The notes under the pieces were generated by a model. That model ran no database searches and had not been told where the DNA came from. It saw only the letters and a list, made by a program, of their open reading frames with translations. A stretch of 64,000 nucleotides of DNA from Oscillospiraceae bacterium (GTDB lineage Bacteria > Bacillota > Clostridia > Oscillospirales > JAAYXM01), in NCBI GenBank assembly GCA_017439555.1, contig JAFSIZ010000007.1, positions 8,187-72,186 of the forward strand, written 5' to 3'. Positions 55,876 through 64,000 of the stretch are shown piece after piece. A program made the translations under genes and the position numbers. Each line of letters starts with the position of its first letter. Position 1 is the first letter of the stretch.

Positions 55876-56862
55876 CTACTCCGCAATAACCGGGTTGCCG
55901 CCGGCATCAAGAGTTATAAGCTTCATATCAGGTCTTGCCCCTGTTATTTCCCCGAGATCTCCACAACAGCTTGTAAATGAATTATATACATAATCCGCAG
56001 AAAAGACAAAGTTCTCAGCATTTTTAACACCTTCGCTTGTCAGCCATCCGTCATTTTTTGCGACAAGCTCTTCTATACCTTCGAGGCAGACGCAGGAAAT
56101 TCCGCGATATCCTTCTCCATTCTGAAAGCGGCCTTTCACGTTTGAATCTATATTGAACGATTGCAGGTCTTCGCTGAAGAAAATATGCTGCTTCTGCCAG
56201 AAAAGATTTTCGTCCCCATAGGATAAGTAATCCTCGTGCTTAAAAAAGCAATAGGGTGAATGTCCATGGATGATGCAGGCGCGATTTTTCAGAAGCTCCG
56301 CCTCATCCGGCCAGCTGTGCCAATATGATTTCTGCGAATACAATCCGTTTCTCGACCACATAATCTGTCTGAGCGGCGCATCATATTGAACGCACACATC
56401 ATCAAGCTTATATGAGAAAACAGCCTGCTGCGGATTTTTCGCCATATCCTTGTTTATAAGCTCAAAGGCTTTCGAAACCATCCCGGCGTGGACGATATAA
56501 TAGTTCAGAAGCTTTCCGCGGATAACTATAATGTCCGGGAGGTTTTCCAATGTATAGGTCGGATTCAATTCCCTTTCGTGATTTCCCCTGATCATATGAA
56601 ATCCTGCAGCGTCACAATCGGCTTCATAATATGTTGCCATATAACGAAGCAGCTGCTGCACATAACCGCCTGCGTTGTAGTCTCCGACAAAATATATATG
56701 ATCCTTTTCCGGGTCAAATTTGATTTTTTCCATCAGTGCCTGAAGCGTTGCCACCTCGCCATGGGTGTCGCCGACAACAAATCTGAGTCCGTCAGGATAG
56801 CGGCTTCGCAAAGCATCGATGTTATCATCGTCTTTTACAACTATTCTTTTATTTATATCCAC
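55876..56862 (-). CDS. PPP-family (calcineurin-like) metallophosphatase
   Basis: VVGDTHGE, VGDYNAGG (variant motif II), RGNHE, VHAG, HGH. GTG start 9 nt after GGAG. Confidence 0.8.
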   Translation of the reverse strand: MDINKRIVVKDDDNIDALRSRYPDGLRFVVGDTHGEVATLQALMEKIKFDPEKDHIYFVGDYNAGGYVQQLLRYMATYYEADCDAAGFHMIRGNHERELNPTYTLENLPDIIVIRGKLLNYYIVHAGMVSKAFELINKDMAKNPQQAVFSYKLDDVCVQYDAPLRQIMWSRNGLYSQKSYWHSWPDEAELLKNRACIIHGHSPYCFFKHEDYLSYGDENLFWQKQHIFFSEDLQSFNIDSNVKGRFQNGEGYRGISCVCLEGIEELVAKNDGWLTSEGVKNAENFVFSADYVYNSFTSCCGDLGEITGARPDMKLITLDAGGNPVIAE

Positions 56863-56907
56863 AATAAATTTCTCCTGTTTCTGCCGGAGTCTTCGCGACT
56901 TAATATG

Positions 56908-57303
56908 TTATTTCTTTTCTAATTTCCATATGGCGTTTGATGTATGATAAGTATGTGTGGACACATCATCCAATATGAAAATATGCGAATTGGGTTTCTC
57001 GCTGTTTCCATCCCAACGCTGCAGATCAAGATAAAAGCCGATTATTATGTCCTCGTCAAAAATGGCTTCCGACAAATCCAATGTGTGAACATCAATCACA
57101 TATTCCGTTCTGTCACAACCTCCATCAGTGTCTGCCAATACGGTAACCTCGTGTTCTACAGTCATCCGCCACATATCCGATACCTTTTTCAGTATTCTTT
57201 CATGATTTGTTGTTGTATGATAATCCGAAAAAAAGCATCGCTTATCATCTATTATTATTGCGCCCGGTATCATTTTTTTACTCAAGTTATAATGTTTACC
57301 CAC
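56908..57303 (-). CDS. Hypothetical 131-aa protein
   Basis: ORF with AAGGAG upstream of GTG 57303. AT-rich (21/60 GC in the sampled line). No domain recognised. Confidence 0.5.
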   Translation of the reverse strand: MGKHYNLSKKMIPGAIIIDDKRCFFSDYHTTTNHERILKKVSDMWRMTVEHEVTVLADTDGGCDRTEYVIDVHTLDLSEAIFDEDIIIGFYLDLQRWDGNSEKPNSHIFILDDVSTHTYHTSNAIWKLEKK

Positions 57304-57334
57304 AACAGCTTACACTCCTTATATCTTTCAGTTC

Positions 57335-58675
57335 TTACAGTTTCGGTCGTGATAACAGAACAACAGTCTCAACATGTTTCGTTCTCGGAAACATATCGAC
57401 AGGCTGGACAGAGACCGTCTTATAGCTTCCGTCCTCTTCAAAAACCTTCAGGTCGCGTGCCAAAGTTGCCGGATCGCAGGAGACATATACAACCGTTTCG
57501 GGCGACATTTTCTTGATTTCCGCGATCACTTCAGGGGAAAGCCCTTTTCGCGGCGGATCAACGACGATTGCATCGGGCTTTTCTCCTCGGTTTGCGAGAA
57601 GTGCCGCCGCTTCTCCTGCATCTGCGCAGATAAACTCTGCGTTTGTTATTCCGTTAAGCTCTGCATTTTTCTTTGCATCCTCAATCGCCTGCGGCACTAC
57701 CTCGACACCGATTACACGCTCGGCACGTTTTGCGAGGCTCAGTGTTATCGTTCCGATTCCGCAATAGAGGTCGAGAATATATTTTGCGCCATTCTCAAGC
57801 GCAAGCCCTGTTGCAATGTCATAGAGCTTTTCCGTCTGCGCGTGGTTTACCTGATAAAACGCGGCAGGTGAAATCGAAAATTCAATGCCGCAGAGCGTGT
57901 CGCGAAGCGTTTTATCTCCCCAGAGCGTTATATATTTATCGCCGAGGATTACGTTGGTGTTTTTGCTGTTGATATTGAAAATAATGCCACAAACCTCCGG
58001 GCATTTCTCTCTGATGCTTTCAACAAGCTTGTCCGTATTTTTCGGAGCTTTTGTCACAACAAGCGTAAGCAATGCGCCACCAACACCGTTTCTGACATAT
58101 ATATGGCGCAAAATTCCGGCGCCGCTCTTTTCGTCATATGATGTGACCGCACACATTTTCTGCCACCCGTGTACAACAGCGCGGATTCTGTCGGCCAGCT
58201 CGCTCTGAATGAGACAGCTCTCCGATGGCACTATATCGTGACTTCTCGGGCGATAGAAGCCGCTTACACAATCCTTCCCGACAGGAAACTGCGCCTTATT
58301 GCGATAGCGCAACGTGTTTTCCGAGCCGATTATCGGAAGCACAGGCGCCGAAACCTTTGCTATCCTCTCAATACAGGAACGGACGTGCTCTTCCTTGACG
58401 GAAAGCTCCTCATCATATGACATATGCCACATCGTGCAGCCGCCGCATTTTGGATAGTATTCACACTGAGACTCGATTCTCTCCGCAGATTTCTCTATAA
58501 CGCGAATAAGCTTTGCATATGCAAAGCTTTTTTCGACCTTCAATATCATTATTTCACACGTCTCTCCGCGAAGAGCCTGCGGAACAAACACCGCCATTCC
58601 ATCAATCCGCGCAATTCCTGCACCCTCAGAGGTATAGCCTGTGATTTCCACAATATGTATATTTCCCTTTTTCAT
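57335..58675 (-). CDS. rlmD: 23S rRNA (uracil-5-)-methyltransferase RlmD/RumA
   Basis: N-terminal TRAM, Fe-S Cys cluster (CEYYPKCGGC), SAM-binding DLYCGIGT, C-terminal catalytic YVSCDP. Confidence 0.9.
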   Translation of the reverse strand: MKKGNIHIVEITGYTSEGAGIARIDGMAVFVPQALRGETCEIMILKVEKSFAYAKLIRVIEKSAERIESQCEYYPKCGGCTMWHMSYDEELSVKEEHVRSCIERIAKVSAPVLPIIGSENTLRYRNKAQFPVGKDCVSGFYRPRSHDIVPSESCLIQSELADRIRAVVHGWQKMCAVTSYDEKSGAGILRHIYVRNGVGGALLTLVVTKAPKNTDKLVESIREKCPEVCGIIFNINSKNTNVILGDKYITLWGDKTLRDTLCGIEFSISPAAFYQVNHAQTEKLYDIATGLALENGAKYILDLYCGIGTITLSLAKRAERVIGVEVVPQAIEDAKKNAELNGITNAEFICADAGEAAALLANRGEKPDAIVVDPPRKGLSPEVIAEIKKMSPETVVYVSCDPATLARDLKVFEEDGSYKTVSVQPVDMFPRTKHVETVVLLSRPKL

Positions 58676-59136
58676 CTTTTTCCTCGCTTAATTATAAAAA
58701 GGATAGCAATCGGAACCGATATAAGAAACGAAACCAGCAACCACGGCATTTCCGCAAATTTTTCCATAACGAGACAGAAAACATCAGGGCTCAGAAATAC
58801 AGAAAGCCCCACAACAGCAGCTGCAACCGCCGAAACAAGCACAGCGCCTGCCGCAACATCCTTCGCTTTGCGGATATTCAGATTATATTCCTCTGTCACT
58901 GCATCGCACAGATTTTCAATCGCTGTGTTTATCAGTTCTGCCGAAAGCACAATTCCAAAGCACAGAACAAAGCGCGAAACCTCCGCTCTGCCAACCTCCC
59001 CTATAACAGAAAAGAAGATGACATATATCATCATACAGATATGTACTCTGAAATTGCGTTCACCGCCGATTGCCGCTGCAATTCCGCGAAACGCATTCGC
59101 AAAGCTTGCTATAAAGCTCTTTATCCCGCGCTTCAC
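58672..59136 (-). CDS. dgkA: Diacylglycerol kinase family protein (DgkA/undecaprenol kinase)
   Basis: ELINTAIENLCD signature, 3 TM, conserved position after ybeY. Confidence 0.85.
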   Translation of the reverse strand: MKRGIKSFIASFANAFRGIAAAIGGERNFRVHICMMIYVIFFSVIGEVGRAEVSRFVLCFGIVLSAELINTAIENLCDAVTEEYNLNIRKAKDVAAGAVLVSAVAAAVVGLSVFLSPDVFCLVMEKFAEMPWLLVSFLISVPIAILFIIKRGKR

Positions 59137-59142
59137 GTCGCT

Positions 59143-59631
59143 TTACCTCCCGATTCCCAATGCGCTGAGGATTTCCTCCTGGCGCGAGAAATGGAGCTTT
59201 TCATCCTCCTCGCCCTTCTCGTGGTCATATCCGAGAAGGTGAAGTATACCGTGCGTTACAAGAAATGCAAACTCGCGCTCCTCGCTGTGGCCATATTCCT
59301 CTGCCTGAGCCTTTGCGCGATCGGCGGATATGACAATATCACCGAGCATAACCGCACCTGTTGATGCGTCTATCTCGAGCGGATTTACTTCTATTTTCTG
59401 CCCGGGCTGAAGCTCGAGCATCGGGAATGAAAGCACATCTGTCGGACGGTCAACACCTCTGTGCTCAAGGTTGAGCTCATGAATATTCTCGTCATCTGTT
59501 ATCATCACGCAAACATCACAGTTCTGCTCGACGTTTTCCGCATCAAGCGCACCGTTTACAACGCGTGTTATAAGCTGTTCAAGTTTTTCATCCGGGGTTT
59601 CACAAACAACCGTTATGCTATGATCTGCCAT
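59143..59631 (-). CDS. ybeY: rRNA maturation endoribonuclease YbeY
   Basis: HGILHLLGYDH zinc motif. Confidence 0.93.
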   Translation of the reverse strand: MADHSITVVCETPDEKLEQLITRVVNGALDAENVEQNCDVCVMITDDENIHELNLEHRGVDRPTDVLSFPMLELQPGQKIEVNPLEIDASTGAVMLGDIVISADRAKAQAEEYGHSEEREFAFLVTHGILHLLGYDHEKGEEDEKLHFSRQEEILSALGIGR

Positions 59632-60622
59632 TTTTATTTTCCCTTCTTATCTGCTGTATTTTCTTTTCTCTCTCGCGGTCTCGTTTTTCATATGCATTGA
59701 TTATTCTCTGAACAAGGACGTGGCGCACAACGTCTTTCGATGTCAGCATACACATCGCCACATCCTCGATGCCGTCAAGCACGCGCATCGCATCGCGAAG
59801 GCCCGAGGTTTTTCCGTCAGGCAGGTCTATCTGCGTTATATCACCCGTTATGACGGCTTTTGAATTGAAGCCGAGGCGCGTGAGAAACATCTTCATCTGC
59901 TCCGGCGTTGTGTTCTGCGCCTCATCAAGAATTATAAATGAATCATCGAGCGTTCTTCCTCGCATATATGCAAGCGGCGCAACCTCGATTGTTCCGCGCT
60001 CCATATATCTCTGAAATGCCTCCGGACCTATCATATCATAGAGCCCGTCATACAGCGGCCTGAGATATGGGTCAACCTTGCTCTGCAGATCTCCCGGAAG
60101 AAAGCCGAGCTTTTCTCCTGCTTCTATGGCCGGGCGTGTCAGGATTATTCGGTTTATCTTCTTTTCGCGGAAGGCATTTACTGCGGCGGCAACTGCAAGA
60201 TATGTCTTTCCCGTACCTGCAGGGCCGACGCCCAAAGTCACCGTGTTGTTCGCGATGGCGTTTATATAATCGCGCTGACCGATTGTTTTCGGCTTTATGG
60301 GCTTTCCTTTGACTGTGATGCATATGACATCGCGCGAGAGCTCTGCTATCTGCTCTTCCTTATTCTCCTCCACAAGCCCTATAGCATAGCGGATATTCTG
60401 CTCGTTTATTCCCTCGCCTCGCGAAGAAAGCACAAGCAGGCTTTCGATAACCCTCACTGCGCGGTCTGCGCGCGCCTCCTCACCGACGACCTTGAGCTCT
60501 GTATTGCGGTTCAGAACCGTTACTCCGAGCTCGCGCTCAAGGATGGCGATATTTTCATCAAACGATCCGAAAATATCTGTCATTTGTTCAAGTCTTTCAA
60601 TGTTTATCGTGCGTTCTACCAT
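59618..60622 (-). CDS. phoH: PhoH-family ATPase
   Basis: GPAGTGKTYLAV Walker A and ILDEAQN. 334 aa. Confidence 0.92.
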   Translation of the reverse strand: MVERTINIERLEQMTDIFGSFDENIAILERELGVTVLNRNTELKVVGEEARADRAVRVIESLLVLSSRGEGINEQNIRYAIGLVEENKEEQIAELSRDVICITVKGKPIKPKTIGQRDYINAIANNTVTLGVGPAGTGKTYLAVAAAVNAFREKKINRIILTRPAIEAGEKLGFLPGDLQSKVDPYLRPLYDGLYDMIGPEAFQRYMERGTIEVAPLAYMRGRTLDDSFIILDEAQNTTPEQMKMFLTRLGFNSKAVITGDITQIDLPDGKTSGLRDAMRVLDGIEDVAMCMLTSKDVVRHVLVQRIINAYEKRDREREKKIQQIRRENKNGRS

Positions 60623-60633
60623 AGCTTTTCAAA

Positions 60634-61815
60634 TCACCTGTTTCTGAGCATTTCTCTTTTGATGCCTATTTTTTCGATATATTCTGCCCTGAGCGTTGCA
60701 TAGGCAAACCTGTCATCGTGTGACGTTTCAAATTTTACATCGACAATTTCTCCGCTCTCCGGAGCATCGAGCCTTGCGTGGAGCCCATCACTCAAGCATA
60801 TATACGCCGTTTCATCTGCCATATAAGCCTCACGTATCTCATACTCGCGCAAGGTCGCCTTCTCGAGAGAAATCGGCAGACGAATGCCTCCGAAAAATTC
60901 GAGGTCAGTTCTTTCTATTATTTTATCACACTTTGCATATGAAATTCCACTGTTTATATATAATTTTATTCTGTTATTGAATAATATTATTGTCCATACA
61001 TTTTTCTCATCGCCGGTATACACCTTTTCAGCATATTTTTTAGGCATCCGCGCCGACATTCTTCTCCATGTCCGCGCACGGATATCCGCATCGGCGTGTG
61101 TGGTGACGGTGATACCGGCTCGCCCTGTGACATATCCGCTTGCAAGAAGCTGTCCCTTCACGACAGTTTCGCCGCGGACAACCTCCGCAGTGCCCGTCTT
61201 GACTGTTATGTCATATATGACCCCATCTTTCTCTGCTATGATGTCACACGGAGTTTCCTCCGGAAGAATCTCCGGCGGAAGTGTGCGCTTGCGCGCCGTA
61301 ACATCTGCATGGGAGCCGTTGAAATTCACAGACACATATGCAAGCTCCGGCATATTGATAAGCACATTGTTCTTAAGCGCAGATATATCGATGCTGCGCG
61401 TATATGCACCGATCCTCAACCCTTCTTTTTCAAGCTCTTCTTTTAATTTTACTACATCAAGCCCCGAAAATCCATCTATATTTATCACCCACACAAAGCC
61501 CGTGAATATCCAGGCAACAATACAGAACAGCAGAAAGCCTGTAACCAACACGGCGCGTTTGCGGAAACGGTTTACGAAGAACGGCCAGCCTCGCTTCTCT
61601 GCTATGTGAACACGGCACATCGCCTTTCGCGCAATCGGCGGCAATTTCCTGAAATTCGCTACTGTCATCCTCACACGGAACATATCTATATCGAGCACTG
61701 TCATATCCCAGAATTCCAGACCTGCTCTTGCGCACAGATTGAAAAAGCGTTCCGGATATGAGCCGCGCACCTCTAAAAGCACGTTGCCGAGAAAAAAATT
61801 TATTATGCTTTGCAA
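60634..61815 (-). CDS. yqfD: Sporulation protein YqfD
   Basis: 393 aa, family-typical N-terminus and a single TM. Conserved yqfC-yqfD-phoH order. TTG start after AGGAGG. Confidence 0.85.
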   Translation of the reverse strand: MQSIINFFLGNVLLEVRGSYPERFFNLCARAGLEFWDMTVLDIDMFRVRMTVANFRKLPPIARKAMCRVHIAEKRGWPFFVNRFRKRAVLVTGFLLFCIVAWIFTGFVWVINIDGFSGLDVVKLKEELEKEGLRIGAYTRSIDISALKNNVLINMPELAYVSVNFNGSHADVTARKRTLPPEILPEETPCDIIAEKDGVIYDITVKTGTAEVVRGETVVKGQLLASGYVTGRAGITVTTHADADIRARTWRRMSARMPKKYAEKVYTGDEKNVWTIILFNNRIKLYINSGISYAKCDKIIERTDLEFFGGIRLPISLEKATLREYEIREAYMADETAYICLSDGLHARLDAPESGEIVDVKFETSHDDRFAYATLRAEYIEKIGIKREMLRNR

Positions 61816-62099
61816 GGCTTATCCTCCTGACCGCAAAAGCTTACCCCTTCTATCACTCCCGATATGCGCACTGCCTCTGCATTCATCGAAAGCACACCAA
61901 GCCGCGCACCGAGCACGCGCAGGCTTCCTTTTCCTATGTTGAGCAATATCTCATTCTCCCCCAGCTCTATAATCCCCTTATGGTTTTCGACAAGCAGCTC
62001 GCGGTTTCCGGTTATCTCTATGTGGAGAAGACCTCCTGTTGTATCCGCAGGAATATCAAAAAGATCTGCGGCGCGAACAAAAAAATTCTCCCGAGGCAT
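61803..62099 (-). CDS. yqfC: Sporulation protein YqfC
   Basis: 98 aa from ATG 62099 (GGGGGA RBS): ...DIPADTTGGLLHIEITGNRELLVENHKGIIELGENEILL... The track's 66-aa N-terminal extension was rejected. Confidence 0.8.
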   Translation of the reverse strand: MPRENFFVRAADLFDIPADTTGGLLHIEITGNRELLVENHKGIIELGENEILLNIGKGSLRVLGARLGVLSMNAEAVRISGVIEGVSFCGQEDKPCKA

Positions 62100-62247
62100 A
62101 TTTTGCTTCCCCCTTTCATTTAATTCTATTAAAGCGGCATCGGCTGTATGTTTAAAAAGCTTCAAACAATTTTCGCCTGATTTCTTCATCGTGCCGGGGA
62201 TATAATAGAGTAGTTTTATTTTAAATATTACAGGAGGTGACGGGCAG

Positions 62248-63513
62248 TTGCTCTCTTTTTTCAGCGCAGTCAATTTTCTTATGTTCGTTTTCTTCACTTT
62301 GTTTTACTCATATCAGCTCGTATACGTATTTGTTTCTCTGTTGGGCAGAAAAAAGCCCTGTATTGCAAAACGCGAACACAGCTATGCGGCCATTATCGCC
62401 GCACGCAATGAGCAGGATGTTATTGTACAGCTTATCGAAAGCATAAAGCGGCAGAAATACCCCCACGCACTCTGCGATATATATGTTATCGCAGACAACT
62501 GCACCGATGACACGGCAGAGATTGCAGCAAATGCCGGTGCTTTTGTTTTTCGCCGTGAAAATAAGAACCTTGTAGGAAAGGGTTTTGCGCTCAACTTCGG
62601 ATTTAAGCGGCTTGTTGAAATCGGCAGATTCTCAAAATATGACGGTTTTTTCGTGTTTGATGCAGACAATCTGCTCGATGAAAACTATATATCCGAAATG
62701 AATAAGGTTTTCGACTCCGGCTATAAGATAGTAACAAGCTATCGCAATTCCAAAAACTATGACACCAACTGGATTTCTGCCGGTTCTTCACTCTGGTTTC
62801 TGCGCGAATCAAAATATATCAATCAGCCGCGGATGATGCTCGGCCACAGCTGCGCGGTGTCCGGCACGGGTTTTCTCGTCTCACGCGATATTATCGAAGA
62901 AAACCGCGGCTGGCGCTATTATCTGCTCACCGAGGATATAGAGTTCTCAATCGACAGCGTTATACGGAACCAGAAGATCGGATACGCTGCAGATGCGATG
63001 CTCTATGACGAGCAGCCATATATCTTCCGCGACTCCTGGAACCAGCGCATACGCTGGTCAAAGGGTTTTTTTCAGGTCTTTGCGGCATATGGAAAAAGGC
63101 TCTTTCTGTCCATATTCAAAAACCGCAGCTTTTCCTCATATGATATGCTTATGACGATAATGCCTGCAATGCTTCTGACGGTTTTCGGCATCCTCTTCAA
63201 TTCTTTCTTCCTTCTTTTTTCACTATTTTGTGAGCCGATGTTAAAAATCCTTGTCGCCGCTTCTGTCAGCGCTCTTTTTATGACATTTCTCAATTTTTAT
63301 ACGGTACTCCTCTTTTTCGGCATTGTTACAACTGTCACCGAATGGAAAAAAATCAATGCTCGACCATATAAAAAGGTAATCTATACATTCACCTTTCCGC
63401 TTTTCATTCTCACTTATATACCGATTTCAATCACGGCAATATTCAGAAAAATCGAATGGAAACCGATAAAACACAGCATCGCAAAGAACATAGAGGAGCT
63501 TCAGAAAAGATAG
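62248..63513 (+). CDS. Membrane-embedded family-2 glycosyltransferase with processive-type QxxRW motif
   Basis: ADNCTDDT, FDADN, TEDIEFS, QRIRWSKG. TM helices at both ends. TTG start 8 nt after AGGAGGTG. Confidence 0.8.
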   Translation: MLSFFSAVNFLMFVFFTLFYSYQLVYVFVSLLGRKKPCIAKREHSYAAIIAARNEQDVIVQLIESIKRQKYPHALCDIYVIADNCTDDTAEIAANAGAFVFRRENKNLVGKGFALNFGFKRLVEIGRFSKYDGFFVFDADNLLDENYISEMNKVFDSGYKIVTSYRNSKNYDTNWISAGSSLWFLRESKYINQPRMMLGHSCAVSGTGFLVSRDIIEENRGWRYYLLTEDIEFSIDSVIRNQKIGYAADAMLYDEQPYIFRDSWNQRIRWSKGFFQVFAAYGKRLFLSIFKNRSFSSYDMLMTIMPAMLLTVFGILFNSFFLLFSLFCEPMLKILVAASVSALFMTFLNFYTVLLFFGIVTTVTEWKKINARPYKKVIYTFTFPLFILTYIPISITAIFRKIEWKPIKHSIAKNIEELQKR

Positions 63514-63530
63514 CTGCAACGTTTCGTGTA

Positions 63531-63559
63531 TTGACTTCGCAGAGCAACAGGTGTAAAAT
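63531..63559 (+). promoter_or_regulatory. Sigma-A-type promoter for the SGNH hydrolase gene
   Basis: TTGACT (63531-36), 17 nt, TAAAAT (63554-59). Confidence 0.45.
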
Positions 63560-63596
63560 TATTTTCACAAACATAACCGAAACGAGGTAGCTGTAA

Positions 63597-64000
63597 ATGT
63601 CAAAAATAATTCTCTTTCAGGGTGATTCAATCACAGATGCAGGCCGCAATCGAGAGCGCGATGATATGCGCGGACGCGGATATGCAACAATGGTATCGGG
63701 AGAGCTCGGGCTTGCATATCCCGAACAGTATGAGTTTTTAAACCGCGGTATATCCGGAAACCGCATACTCGATGTCTATGCGCGCATCAAAGCAGATATC
63801 ATCAATCTAAGGCCTGATTATATGAGTCTTCTCATCGGCGTGAATGATGTCTGGCACGAATTCATCGGACATAACGGCGTTTCTACAGATAAATTTGAAA
63901 AGATTTATTCTATGCTCATCGAGGAGATAAAGGAAGCTTTGCCGGACATTAAGATTATGATTCTTGAACCCTTCGCCCTGAAAGGCTCTGCGACTACATC
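63597..64000 (+). CDS. SGNH/GDSL-family hydrolase (3' end beyond the window)
   Basis: Not in the ORF track. My translation is MSKIILFQGDSITDAGRNR...NRGISGNRILD...LLIGVNDVWHE, covering SGNH blocks I, II and III. Confidence 0.8.
   Translation, partial: MSKIILFQGDSITDAGRNRERDDMRGRGYATMVSGELGLAYPEQYEFLNRGISGNRILDVYARIKADIINLRPDYMSLLIGVNDVWHEFIGHNGVSTDKFEKIYSMLIEEIKEALPDIKIMILEPFALKGSATT

Overview
The window looks like a chromosomal segment from a spore-forming, Clostridia-class Firmicute. Evidence: a yqfC-yqfD-phoH-ybeY-dgkA-rlmD block, a recJ-relA-dtd-MBL-hemZ block, GGAGG-type ribosome-binding sites, and many ATGA/GTGA start-stop overlaps. I support about 62 protein-coding genes. Three are missing from the ORF track: a 5' mtaD-like fragment running off the left edge, an SGNH hydrolase running off the right edge, and a 56-aa FeoB-associated Cys-rich peptide. 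I also list about a dozen intrinsic terminators and several near-consensus sigma-A promoters. I saw no rRNA, tRNA, CRISPR array, transposase or integrase.

Most content is housekeeping or transport:
- alaS, purA, feoAB, and an OmpR/HisKA two-component pair
- a CobW-type metallochaperone pair
- two paralogous orphan solute-binding lipoproteins
- sugar-activation genes, and a GT8x2 + acyltransferase x2 operon

The best candidate for something undescribed lies at about 53.4-57.3 kb. A perfect 85-bp direct repeat duplicates the RBS and first 24 codons of an EamA transporter gene. It brackets a 1.38-kb AT-rich insert carrying one 403-aa gene with no domain I recognise. Immediately upstream is a three-gene module, also poorly characterised: a 131-aa unknown, a PPP-type metallophosphatase and an RCC1-like beta-propeller. 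This module is wedged between the conserved rlmD and the transporter. All function calls come from motifs read by eye; no database search was possible.
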